Source of the DNA: the human T2T-CHM13v2.0 reference genome, Homo sapiens
Reading direction: 5' to 3' (one strand)
Assembly: GCF_009914755.1 (NCBI RefSeq)
Contig: NC_060934.1
Length of the DNA stretch: 64,000 nt
A model generated the notes under the pieces. That model made no database searches. It was not told the origin of the DNA and worked only from the letters and a program-made list of their open reading frames with translations. Positions 42,493 to 56,200 of this stretch are shown here, one piece after another; position 1 is the first letter of the stretch, and every line of letters starts with the position of its first letter. The position numbers and the translations under genes were made by a program.

Positions 42493-44336
42493 TGCCCTTA
42501 CTTAGTAATTTATGACTGCCTAAAATGAGAAGCAAAGGGACTATGTGATTAATGACAGTTGTGTAAAGTTACTTCTCTCATCCCTTTCAAAGCCCTCTCA
42601 AACAACATCAAGAAAAAAAATAGAGGGAAAACATCTTCTTAAAAGGAACAAGGAAAGAGCCACAACACCAAAGTATGAAATGATGCATACCTGAAAAATA
42701 CCATAAAATCTGTCTAAAAAGGGGAAGATGGACAAGAGATAATGCATGTCTTCAACTTTAAGATACTCACAAATGTCCACGGAAGTTACTGTTGCAGTCC
42801 TGAGAGGCTACTCCATTCATTAACCTTTGATTAGATCTTTTGAATAGGGTAGGGCATGAGAAAAGCAAACTGATCAATAGTCAAAAGAGGTCAATGTTAA
42901 GGAGAAACCATGGTGAGACACAATTTTCATTATCGAGGACATGGCATCTGAATTGAAGTATATTGCCAGGAAAAAAGAGGAAAGAGATACAGCCATTATC
43001 AGATGATAAAACAGAGAGGCTATGACTAAGGACTTTATAAAAGCTCCACTAACGTTTTGGTTGCTGAAAATTGAAAGACTACTTCTTCATCTCAAAGATA
43101 TCACAGGCAACCTGATTCTCTGATAAAGGAGATCAAAGAGATATAAAGATTCAAAATAATATTACAAGAAATCAGAAGAAGATAAGCTAGTTGGAAGAGC
43201 TAAGAAAAACATGGAAGAGAAAAAAAATAAAAACATTTATAAATTCAAAATCATATTGGAAACAATCAAAATTAGTATTCAGAAACATAGCAGGGACAAA
43301 ACAAAATGCAAAAAATAAAGCTATCAACTGATGAGACTGCTGCCTTCTAGTAATACAGCGTAGCTTAGGTCAGATTGACCTTTATGTTTATGTAGTAATT
43401 ATAAACATTGAACAAAATATTTTTACAATGTTTGAAGGCATTGGAGAATAACCAAAATTAGGTAGAAACTTTAGGTAATTCAACCCTTGAAAGAAAGGAA
43501 TTGCACTTGTGTAACCCATGTTTATATTGCCTTTCCTGCAAGAGCATTCCCACTTTCCATAACGACAGTCTGGTACATTTCAAGCAGAAAGCTGTAAGAC
43601 TATTGGTAAGAAGAGGTAGAGGAGAAATTTGGGGTTGTTAGGGTCACTAAAAATTAAAGAGGAAACCCAACAAAGAAGGGAGGCACAGAAAAGGGAACCC
43701 CTGTGTCTAGAAAAAACTCCCCTCCAAATCATTGGCTGGCCTTGAATTGCATTAGCAAGAAGTGAGACTATCAGTAGCAGAAAGGAAGCAACGACAAAAA
43801 GCCAAAAGGAGCTTAAGCAGAGATTTCAGCAGCTGCCTCTCTCAAAGGAAATGGAGTTTGGGAGTTGAGTCTCACCAGTTAGAAAGACTTGGTAATCACT
43901 TGAGGGTTTATGTTAAAGACCAGAAAGACCACACCGTGAAAGTAAAGCTCATGTCCCAGGACTAAAATATTTGTCCTAAGACTAACGGCAAAATTGAAAT
44001 CCATCACTCTAGCAGTATCTAAAATCGAGCCCATACAAAGCCTAAGTCAAGCCTATGAAATTCAAAGTGATTTATCAGTAATCTAACTACTTACTGTAAC
44101 AAAAGTCAGCACTCTTTAGAGAAACACAGAATACAGATTCTCTAAAATGTATTAATACAAATTAATAAAAATATTAATAAAAATGCCAATATCCAATATT
44201 AATAAAAATAAGAAATGTAATTCATAGTCAAAAGAAAAAAATCAGTAAGTAGAAACAGAACTACAAAATCTCAGATGTTAGATTAGCAGAAAATGACTTC
44301 AAAATAGCTATGATAAATATGTTAAAGAATCTATAA

Positions 44337-44908
44337 AAGAATTTCTCACCCTTGGCACTACTGATATTTTAGACTTACTAATTCTTTAACATGCGAGGGG
44401 CTGTCGTGTGCCTGGCAGATGTTCAGCAGCATCCCTGGTCTCTACCCCTTGATATGGTTTGGCTCTGTGTCCCCACTCAAATCTCACCTTGAATTGTAAT
44501 AATCCCCACATATCAAGGACAGGACCAGGTGGAGGTAATTGAATTGTGGGCATGGTTCCCCCCATGCTGTTCTCAGGATAGTGACTGAGTTCTCACAGAT
44601 CTGATGGTTTTATAAGCATCTGGCATGTACCCTGCTGGCACTCATTCTCTCTCCTGCCACCCTGTGAAGAGGTGCCTTTCTCCATGATTGTAAGTTTCCT
44701 GTGGCCTCCCCAGCCATGTAGAACTGTGAGTCAATTAAACTTTTTTCCTTTATAAATTACCCAGTCTCAGGTATTTCTTCACAGCAACGTGAGAACAGAC
44801 TAATACACCCCTAGTTAGTACTTTCTCAGATATGATAACCAAAAAATGTCTTCAGACATTATTAAATGTTCCTTGGGGAAGGAAATTGTCCCTGGATGAG
44901 TACCACTG
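44337..44908 (+). mobile_element. MER20 (hAT-Charlie) split by THE1
   Basis: 'ttctcacccttggcactactga', 'cagcagcatccctgg.ctctaccc', 'aaaatgtcttcagacatt...gagtaccactg'. Confidence 0.85.
44450..44807 (+). mobile_element. THE1C/D-like solo LTR
   Basis: TGATATGGTTTGGCTCTGTG...GACTAATACA; perfect TSD cccct. Confidence 0.95.
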
Positions 44909-46153
44909 GTATATAGGAAAAGAACTACATAACAGATGAAGAGGTAGGGAATTTTAGGAATGACATGGCACGTATAAAAAAGAAAGAAAGAAATTCTGGA
45001 ATTAAAAATACGGTATCTAAAATTTTTCAGTTGGATAATATTATTGAAAAATTTTTGGATGGAATAAGTAGATCTGCCTGAAGACAAAAAATTATCAGTA
45101 ACATAAAGCAAGTCAATAAAATCATCTAACCTAAAGCACAAAGAGGGAACAAAATTGCAAAACATGACCAAAGCTTTAGTGACTTTTGGGTCTGTACCAT
45201 GCCATTTAACATACCTGTAATTGACATCTCTAAAGAAGAGAAGCAGAGAAAGGAGCTGAAAAATGTTTTGGAAAAATATTAACTGAAAATGGTCCAGATT
45301 TTGATTTATAAAAATAGCAATTTCCTAATCCAAGAAGTTCAGTAGCCCCCAAACAGGATGAATACAGAAAAAACTACACTTAGACAAAATTGCAGTCAAA
45401 CTGCTGAAAATCATAAGCAAATTTTTTAAATCTTGAAAGAAGAAAAAAAGATACATACTACACACAAAGAAATAATGATAAGAATGACAGCTGAATTCTT
45501 ACCAGAAATAATGGAGGCCAGAATAAAGATGTCATTGAAATGACATCTTAAAAGAGCTGAGAGAAAAAAAATCTCTCAAACTGGAATTCTGTATCCAGTG
45601 GAAATACCCTTCTAAAATGAAAGTGAAATAAAGACTTTTTCAGATGAATCAAAAATGAGAATGTCATTTTTGTCAACAGCATACCTACAAAACAAAAAAT
45701 ACTTAAAGTTTTTCAGACTGAAGGAAAATGAAACTAGATAGAAATTCATATCTAAAGGCAGAAATGCAGACTACTATCAGGAAGTGTTGATTATATGTAT
45801 TGGCATAAAGGACTTATTTTTCTTAAATTATTTAAAAGTTAATTCGCTGTTTATAACAAAAATTAAGACACTGTAGTATCAGATTTATAACATAAATAGA
45901 AATAAAATATATTACCACACTATCACAAAGGATAAGAGATAAATTGAATTACTCAGTTTTATGTATTTATATAACAGCAGTTTATATAAAAACATAAAAC
46001 ATTTTATATTCAGCTTATATCTGAAGCTGTGTGATAAATTAAGATTGCATACATCATTTCCTAGAACAACCATGAAAAACACATTTCTAGATAGAGGTAT
46101 CACTAACGAGCCAATAAAGGAGATAGAATGAAATACTACAAAATACTAAGTTA

Positions 46154-46350
<197 letters not shown>

Positions 46351-46690
46351 AAATAGAAGAGCCAAAATACAAAGAAGAGTCAACAAATAGCAAATAAATG
46401 GAGGTTGTGAATGTTAAACTCAACAGTATCAATAAGTACATTAAATATATATGAACTAAATACCCTAATTAAGAGGCAGGGATTGTCAGACTGGATTAGA
46501 AAGCAAGATTCAACAACAAACCGTTTACAAGAAAACAACTTTAAATATGAAGACATATACAGATTGAAAGTAAAAATATGGCAGGGAAAATTCCATGCAT
46601 ACTTTAAGCATGAGAAAGATGGCATAGCTATATTAATATCGGACAAAATAGACTTCAAATCAAGGATAATCAGATACAAAGAGGGACCTA

Positions 46691-46794
46691 TGTTTTTTCA
46701 GTCGAGGTCTCACGCATGTCATCCCAGCTAGGGTGCAGTGGTAGGATCATAGTTTACTGTAATCTCAAAATCCTGGGCTCAATCTACCCTCCTG
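46691..46794 (-). mobile_element. Truncated old Alu monomer (FLAM/FRAM/AluJ)
   Basis: 'gtgcagtggtaggatcatag...tcctgggctcaa'; 'aaagaggga' on both flanks. Confidence 0.75.
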
Positions 46795-48644
46795 AAAGAG
46801 GGATATTTTAAAATGATAAAGGAGACAATTCATCGAGAAGAAATAACAATCCTTAAAAATGCATGCACTTATAAACAAAGCTTTAAAACATATGAAGCAA
46901 AAATTGAAAGATATAAACAGAGAAAAGAGAAATCCACTTCTACATTACTTTTTTTCCCAGACCATCACTTAAAAAACCCACATCCTATAATAAGCAATAG
47001 GGAACTGTATTAAAAGCATTCTTTGTGCCAAGGACCTTATATGCATTATTTCCTCTTCTTTGCTGGAGTGCTCATTGGGCAGTAATCCTGTGCCACCTTC
47101 TAACAATCCTTATATTGTTACTCAGTTAAGTTCATTTGCTAATTTGCCAACATATTTATTGGCTAACACTATGTGTGGTCATTATTATGTAATTTCTCAC
47201 TTACACAGTTTTCTTATCTCCCCTTCTAGTATAGGAGTCAAGATTCTTGAGAACAAGGACCTGTCTTCCCCACCTCCCAAATTATTTCTCTTTTCATCTA
47301 TCACAGAGTTTAATGCACCATCTGGAGCATATTAAGCTCTCGAGGGTGTTTGATTCACCATTTATTGCTGTCTCCTACTAGCCTCCTCCAGGAAATAATC
47401 TAATTCCAGTCCAACTTGAAGAAGGGAGTCTCATTAGCTTTTGGATTATAAATTATCATTCAGTCTGTTGGACCTGAGCACAGCAATGGACACTATACAT
47501 ATGACGTCAATGACAGGATGTCTTTCGTGGCAAGGGACAGGGAAAGGACAGAGAGGAACTTGGGTAAGCCAGTCTGAAGTAGGCTGGAGGGAGAGAAGAG
47601 ACATAAGTGAGTGGGGAGGACTTCTGATAGGGACTCTCACCCACCACCCCTCCCTAACTATTACCTCTTCTCATTGTACAGCTTTTATGGAGCCCTGCCA
47701 AGCAATAAGCAGTGTCCAAAAGTACTACCATGGGGGTGGGTTGAGCTCTGCCAAGTGCCATGGAGATGGCAATGAGGACAGACTATTCAAGCACCATCAA
47801 CTTTATCAACCCCTAAAGTTATTCTACAGATATACCAACAGCCGCGAAGATGACTGTAGAAGGATAGTCACTGAAACACTGAAGTAATTATGACAAAACT
47901 AGAAATTTTCATTCCTATCAATAAAAGAAAGGTTAAATAAATTATGAAACAGACATAATGGAGTACTACACATTCATCAAAAAGAATAAGTGGCTGAAAT
48001 AAAAAGAGCCCCCAAAATATTATTAATTGAAGAAAAGCAAAGTGGAGGTCAGTTTTAGAATATGGTCATCTTGAAATAAAAATTTAAAATATACATGTAT
48101 AAGATTAAAATATATATTTTGGAATCTATAAAATCTATTATTTTTAGTATATTATGGAATGTGTATGTGTGCATATATATTTATAACTTATATTCCAGAA
48201 GGATATATAGAAAAGCATATATATAACAAAATGGTGACTTCTGGGGCATGGGGATGGGACTGGGAATTAAACGAAGATGTATTTTTCATCATTAACCCTT
48301 ATTTAATTTTTTACTCAATTTATGTGCTATTTTAATAAGTTTTTAAAAATTGAATAATTTTTTTTTTGTTGCAAACAGTTTAGCTGGAGGACCTTACAGA
48401 AAAATTCTACTAAAAACCCACTGATTTAACATAAGAGAATAAGGCCATTGGAACTCAGGGACTTCTGTAATCTGTTCCAAGTCCTGGAGGCAGTTAGAGC
48501 AGAACTGGGCAAAGAACCCAGATCTTGCTCCACTATACCACATTTCAGCCGTTAAATATCAGTATCACCTGCCAGCATACTGCTCTTAAGGTCAACATTC
48601 ATGGAGTGTATATGATACCCACGGGAATTTCTTTTTTTAAAAAA

Positions 48645-49243
48645 ATTTGGGTGGGAATGGAAAATGGAAAACAGTTTGGCAAGTTAAACATGGAACGCCT
48701 CTGTATTCCAGCAATTCCACCTCTGGGCATATACTAAAGAGCAATCAAACCATAGGACCACCCGAGCACTTCTACAGGAAGGTTCAAAGCAGCCTTATTA
48801 CTAACAGCCAAAAAGTAAAAATGACCCAAACATCCAGCATATCAGACAATAAAAAAGAAGTACTGATACATGGCACAATGTGGATGAACCTTGAACACAT
48901 GCTAAGTGAAAGAGGCCAACACAAAGGGCAACATATTATATGATTCTATTTACATGAAATGTCCAGAATAGACAAAGCTCTAATGAGAGAAAGTAGACTC
49001 ATGGCTGCCTAGGCACTGGGGATAGGACAGTAATGGCTGGGGGCATAGGTTTTCTTTTAGTTATATTCTAAAATTAGCAATGAACTCATTACGAATATCA
49101 GAATATTAGTAATAAAAATATTCTTCGATTGTGGTAATGGTTGCACAAATTGTGAATATACTTAAAGGTATTGGATTGCCCATGTTAAATGGGTGAATTG
49201 TGTGGTATGTGAATTATATTTCAATAGACTGTTAAAATTAAAA
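48645..49243 (+). mobile_element. L1MB-like 3' end
   Basis: 'ccagcaattccacctctgggcatata', 'tggatgaaccttgaaca.atgctaagtgaaaga', 'aaatgggtgaattgtgtggtatgtgaattata'. Confidence 0.82.
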
Positions 49244-49554
49244 TCTTGGTTCTGGAACTTTCCATAGGCCTGAGAGAAAGGGTAGAAAAGGGGATTCTAC
49301 CAAGAATGAAAAGGATGACTGGCTCAGACCAAGGCCCTGAGACTTAAATGAGCAGCTCTTCTTTACCCCTTTCTGCCCAGGGAGATGGAAGAGGAGGGAG
49401 CCAGACAGAAGGGATGGGAAGAGTCCTGAGAAGACCAGCAGGCCACATTGGGAAGCTGGACCATGAGGGGCTCAAGATTGCAGCTGCAGTTATCAAAAAG
49501 CGACAATGAGACCAGGCCAGAAAATGGACATCCACCCTGATTCTACATTATGGG

Positions 49555-49630
49555 TACCACCTCTTAATACTGTTAAAATGGCAATTAAATTTTAACATGA
49601 GTTTTGGAGGGGACATTCGAACCATAGCAT
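49555..49630 (-). mobile_element. MST LTR 5' fragment
   Basis: 'cacctcttaatactgtt...catgagttttggaggggacattcgaaccatagca'. Confidence 0.7.
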
Positions 49631-51619
49631 GAAGTAATGACAAATTGTGTTACATAATGGACGGATCTGCTCTCCACAGGGGACTTGTTAAAATTCTTAT
49701 TTCCTCTCACATACATGTCTTTCCCATTAAATACAAATCAACTAGGGATTTTTCCACGAATTTTAACACTCTTCTAAATATCTATTTCTGTGATGAGTTC
49801 AAAGAGTAGAAAGACGTTTTGGAGCTTTCTGAAATCCAACACATCTAATGACTTTTAAATGTATCTTTATGGCTTTACTTTTAAGAATCAGAAAAACACA
49901 TGTTTCTGGAATGACCTTTATTTATTTATTAATTCAAATGTCCATGCCCTGTTTGCAATAGATTGATTCCAAATTCATACAAGACAAAGCTAACAGTGTG
50001 CTTAGCTGTGTAACCCTGGACAAGCTATTTATTGCTCTAAGTCCCTGCTATTCTATAAAATGGAAATGAAAATGCCACATACTTGATGAAGGTGTTTCAC
50101 AAATAAGGGATGTATGGAAGCATTTAACCTACAGCTGGCACAGTGGATTACACAATAGAAGTCACCTGTCATATTAGTTTATCTCTATAGAAAAGAGTTA
50201 GTGGAAGAAGGAGCAAGGATTTGAACTCATGGTGCCTAACTTCAGCTCTGTAGCTCTGAAATTTGTTACACTTTCTGTAGAGAAAATGAAGCCCTCAGCA
50301 CAATGCCTAGCAATTGGGAAACATGCAATAAATCATAGTGACATGGTGACTATGTTCATGAACCTGGCCCTACTCTAGGCAGGGATTTACAACTGTACCA
50401 AAATCAATGTGCAAATGTGCTAAGACCCCAAAACAAAAAAAAATGCTTCAGATTATGAATTATGGAAGAAAGATGGCTAACTAGAGACACCTGGCATTCA
50501 CCACCCCAAACAAGAACCAAGGCAATTAATAAACAGCTAAGGGAGAGTGCTGACATACAGCAGGGGAGTAGAGATGCACCCGTGGTGATTGGAAGTTCAG
50601 GAGGGCAACGTGGAGCCCCATATCCTCTGCCTGGATCAGATTTGCCTGGGGTCAGGAGGGCCTTCCCATTGCTGAGAAAAGGCAAGTAGAAAATCCCCAC
50701 CAACCCTCCTTGCCACCACAAATACCTATAGTGCTTACAAGAATCTCCGTGGTCCTCACAATCCTTAAACCCACTTTGGAGAGCTGCTGGGAATTCATAC
50801 AGCCACACTGCCCTAGATTAGGAGCACAAGGTATGCATTCCCCACTCCAATCCACTCCTGTGAACCAAGCAACTATAGCACAGCACCATCTTGAGACCAG
50901 AGCCACTTTTAGGGTACACCCTACTCTGGAGGCCAGTGCACCTCTGGAGCACTAGGGCTCTGTCTTCATTCCACCAAGCCCACACAAGTAGCTGAATGCC
51001 ACAATCCTAGCTGCACAGAGCTTGGGCCCAGGATTGGCTGTGACTCTGGTTTTGCAAAGCAGGGGAACCAACCTCCACCACCACACTACCAGCCAGAGGA
51101 ACAGTCTGCCAGTACTACCTAGAGAGAACATGCTCTTGAGCCAGCCAAGCCACTGCATGCTGTCTCCCAAGCAGGAGAGGCCCCTGAGCCTCTGAGCAGC
51201 TGATATGCCCCACAGCCAGGAGGTTGGTTATATCCCCATGCTCAGGATTTGCAAAACAACTCCAAAGTGCTACACTACAACAGACAAGACGTGGCCTGCC
51301 CAATGGCCCTGTTCCCCCAGTAAGGACCTGAAAGACAGCCCCATGGCTCACCCCTGGTGGACATGCTGCAGGCTGGCCAAGTAGCCCTGCACCTGCATAC
51401 TGAGCCTGAGAAAGTGCTCTGTGCCTATCATTGGCCTGAGAAATCACTCTGTGCCTGCCATGAGCAGACATGTCCCCAGGCCAGCCAAGCAGCCACGTGT
51501 CCATGTCCCAAACCTGAGAATAGCCCCATGGGCTAGCTGTAGCAGACACACCCTTAGGCTGGCCAAGTAGCTGTGTGCTTGCATCCAAGACCTGAGAAAC
51601 AGCCCATGAGCCACTCCTG

Positions 51620-51621
<2 letters not shown>

Positions 51622-51671
<50 letters not shown>
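51622..51671. repeat. Interrupted (CA)n microsatellite in the L1 5'UTR
   Basis: ~25 AC units with one AA interruption. Confidence 0.97.
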
Positions 51672-53154
51672 CCAGGACATCCAAGTACCTCTGTGCCTAT
51701 GCTTTCTGCCAGAGTAACAGGGCTGTGTTCCCAACCCAAGTGAGCCAGATCCTAAGTTGGCCAACCCATCATGTGCACACATGTACTCTTGACCTGTTGA
51801 CCTGAGAAACAGCCTGGTGAGCCCATCTCTGGCAAAGCCACATCACCATCACCTACAAACTCTATCAGCCTAAGCCACTGAGAAACTTGCAAACACCATT
51901 AATGTGTGTTACAATTGAAGAAACTATACAGAGACTACACTACTGTGTTCACCTAGAACAAAGGTGAATGCACTGCTGCAAACTAACACCCCAAGACCCA
52001 TTCAGACAAATAAATCTTTCCCTATAAAACCCACTTATAAAATTGGAAGAGGTGACTCTTCCACTAGAAGCATAGAAGTCAACACAGGGACACATTAACC
52101 ATGAAAAAGCAACAACAAAAAAGCCACCTTCAAAGGAAAACAATAATTCTCCAGCAATGGACCCTAATCACAAGGAAATATATGAAATGCCAGAAAAAGA
52201 ATTCAAAATAATAATCCTAGGGAAACACAGTAAGATAAAGGGAACATAGACAATTCAGTGAAATCAGAAACACAATTCATGATTTGAATGAGAAATTCAA
52301 CAAAGCAATAGATATAAAAACAGAAATTCTAGAGCTGAAGAATTCAATGAGTAAAATTAAAAGTACAGTCAAGAGCTTCAATAACAGATGAGACCAAGCA
52401 GAAGAATTTCTGAACTTGAAGACAGGTCTTGTGAAATAGCACAGGCAGACAAAAAGAAAAGAATAAAAAATTATAAAGAAAGCTGACAGAATTTATGGGA
52501 CATCATTAAGCAAACAAATATTCATATTATGGTCATTGCAGAAGGAGAGGAAAAAGGAAAAGGTAAGAAAAAACACATTTAATGAAATAATAGCAGAAAG
52601 CTTCCCAAGTCTTGGGAGATATATGGATATCCAGGTCTAGGAAGCTCAACGAATTCCAAATAGACACAACCCAGACAGGGTCTGTCTGAGGCACATTATA
52701 GTCAAATTGTCAAAAGTCAAAAAGATAGAAAGAATTATAACAGCAGCAAGGAAAACATATCAATCACATATAAGAGAATTCCATTAGACTAACATCAGAT
52801 TTCTCAGCAAAACCCTTACAGGCCAGGATAGAATGGGATTATATATTTAGGATACTAAATGAAAAAAAAAACCTGCCAGCCAAGAATGTTATACTCAAGA
52901 AATCTATCCTCCAAAAATGAAGGACAAATAAAATATTCCACAGAGAAGCAAAAACCAAGGAAATTTTTTACCACCAGACTGGCCTTAAAAGAAATGTTGA
53001 AGGGAGTCTTACATCTGGAAGTGAAAAGACAATGATGATCACCATGAAAACATGCAAAACTAAAAAACTCACCAGTAGAGCCAATACACAAGAAAAAGAA
53101 ATCAAACCTGTCACTGCAGAAAGCCACTCAGCCACAAAAATAAACAATAGGATA

Positions 53155-53275
53155 TCAGGAGCCTGAGACACAAGAATCACTTAAACCCAGGAGGCAGAGG
53201 TTGCAGTAAGCTCAGATCACACCACTGCACTTCATCCTGGGCAACAGAGTGAAACTGTGTCTCAAAAACAAAAAT
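53155..53275 (+). mobile_element. 5'-truncated Alu right-arm fragment in the L1 inter-ORF region
   Basis: 'agaatcacttaaacccaggaggcagaggttgcagt...gtctcaaaaa'. Confidence 0.88.
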
Positions 53276-56200
53276 TAATTGTAATTTTAATTTAAAATAA
53301 AAATAGAAAAGGAAGTAAGAAACAAGGGATATACAAAACAACCAGAGAACAATCAATAAAATGACAGGAGTAAGTTCTCACTTATCAATAATAACCTTGA
53401 ATGTAAATGGATTTAATTCCTTATTTGAATGACATAGGTTAGCTGAATGGATTTTTAAAGGACCCAACTATATGCTGCCTGCAAGAAATTCACATCACCT
53501 GTAAAGACACACATAGACTGAAAGTGAAGGTTGGAAAAGATATTCCATGCAAACAAAAACCAAAAGTAAGCAGAAGTAGGTCTGCTTATAACAAACAAAA
53601 CAGACTTCAAGTCAAAAGCTATTAAAAAGAGACTAAGAAGGACACTATATAATAATAAAAAGATCAATTCAGCAAGACAGTATAACAATTATAAATACAT
53701 ATGCATCCAACAATGAAGCACCCAAATATATAAAGCAAACATTATTAGATCTAAAGGGAGAGACAGACTCCAATACAGTAAGAATTGGGGACTTTAACAC
53801 CCCACTCTCAGCATTAGACAGATCGCCTTGACAGAAAATCAACAAAAAACATTGAATTTGAACTTCACCATAGACCAAATGGACTTAAAAGACATTTATG
53901 AACATTTCAGCCAACAGCTGTAGAATACACATTTTTTTTAATCAGTACATGTAACATTCTCCAGAATTGACTATATGTTAGAACACAAAACAAGTGTCAA
54001 AATATTTTTAAAAATTATATCATATCAAGTATCTTATCTGACCCCAATGGAATAAAACTAGACATCAATAACAAGAGAAGTTTTAAAACTAAACAATTTC
54101 ATAGAAATTAAACAACAGGCTCCTGACTGACTAATGGGTGAAGAACGAAATTAAGAATAAATTTTTAAAATTCCTCAAGACAAAATAGAAACACAACATA
54201 CAAAAACCTATAGGACAGAGCAAAACCAGTATTAAGAGGCAAGTTTACAGCAATTTACATAAAAAAACCAGAGAGATTTCAAATAAACAATCTAATGATG
54301 CATCTCAAGGAACTAGGTAGAAAAGGAAGAACCATCCAAACTCAAAATTAATAAACACTAGGAAAGCAAGAACAAATGAAATTCAAAATTAATAAAAGGA
54401 AAGAAATAATACAAATCAGAGCAGAAATAAATGAAATTGAGACTCAAAAATACAATAGATCAACCAAACGAAAAGTTGGTTTTTTAAAAAGATAAGCAAA
54501 ATTGGCAAATCATTATCTAGACTGAGAAGACCGGAGGAAATCCAAATAAATGAAATCAGAAATGAAAAAGGAGTTAACACAATGGATACCACAGAAATAC
54601 AAAGGATCATTAGTGATTACTATGAACAACCGTATGCCAATAAATTTGAAAACCTAGAGGAAATAAATAAATTCCTGGACACATACAACCCACCAAGATT
54701 GAACCAAGAAGAAACAGAAAACCTGAAAAGACCAATAACAAGTAATGAAATTGAATCAGTAACAAAAAGTCTTACAACAAAGAAAAGTTCAGGATCGACA
54801 GATCCATCACTGATTTCTATCAAACCCTTAAAGAATTAATACCAATTATTCTCAAACAATTCCAAAATATTGAAACAGAGGGAATTCTTCCTAACTCATT
54901 CTATGAGGTCAGTATAATACCAAAATCAGACAAGGGCATAACAAATAAAGAAAACTACAGGCCAATATCCCTAATGAACATAAACACAAAAATCCTAAAC
55001 AAAATACTAGAAAACCAAATCCAACAACACATCAAAAAGATAACACACCAGGACAAAATGGTATTTATTCCAGGAATGCACGAATGGCTCAACATGTGCA
55101 AATCATTAATGGAATATATACATCACATTAATAGAATAAAGAACAAAACCATATGATCATCTCAATAGATACAGAAAATATTTTGTTAAAATTCAACATC
55201 CTTTCATGATTAAAAAAAACTTGATAAATTAGGTTTAGAAGAAAAGTGACTCAACATAATAAAATCCAAGTATGACAAACACACAGCTAACATCTTACTG
55301 ATGGAGAAAAGCTTTTATAAGAACTGGAATAAGTCAAGGATGCCCACTTTCATCACTATTATTCAATATAGTACTGGATGTTCTAGCCAGAGCAATTAGG
55401 CAAGAGAAAGAAATAAAGAACATCCAAAATGGCAAGGAGGAAATCGAATTGTCCCTGTTTGCCAAGAATATAATACAATCTTATACATAAAAAACCTAAA
55501 GACTCTACCAAGAAAACACTTAGAACTGATAAACAAATTCAATAAAGCTGCAGGATGCAAAATTAACTAACAAAATCAGTAACATTTCTATACATGAAAA
55601 ACAAACTAGCTGAAAAAAGAAATCAGGAAAGCAATCTCATTTACAATAGCTACAAAAAATAAAATAAAATACCTAGGAAAAAATTTAACCAAGGAGGTGA
55701 ATAACTTCTACAAGAAAGATGACAAAACACTGATTTAAAAAATTGAAGAGGACACAAACAGGTGGAAGGACATCCAATACTCACAGATTGGAAGAATGAA
55801 CAGTGTTAAAATGACAATACTACCCAAAGCAATCTACAGATTCAATGCAAATCCTATCAAAATACCAATGCTATTCTTCACAGAAATGGGGAAAAAAAGT
55901 CCTAAAATTTGTATGGAACCACAAAGACCCCAAATAGCCAAACCAAACCTGAACAAAAAGAATAAAGCTAGAGGTATCACACTCCCAGACCTCAAAATAC
56001 ACTACAAAACTGTAGTAGTAACAAGCACAGCATAGTACTGGCATAAAAACATACACCTAGACAAATGGAAAAGAATAAAGAACCCAGAAGTTAATCCACA
56101 TATCTACAGCCAACAGATTTTTGGCAAAGTTTCCAAGAACACTCATTGGAGAAAGGACAGCCTCTTCAACAAATTGTACTGTGAAAACTAGACATCCATA

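Noticed and set aside
46411-46731. Endonuclease-like ORF
   Set aside because: Decayed L1 APE domain interrupted by an Alu monomer; no sign of domestication
47441-47887. 148-aa ORF
   Set aside because: No protein family recognised and no splice context; consistent with chance
51290-51830. Regularly spaced repeats with variable spacers (CRISPR-like at a glance)
   Set aside because: Diverged L1 5'UTR monomers in primate DNA; spacers are mutually similar and there are no cas genes
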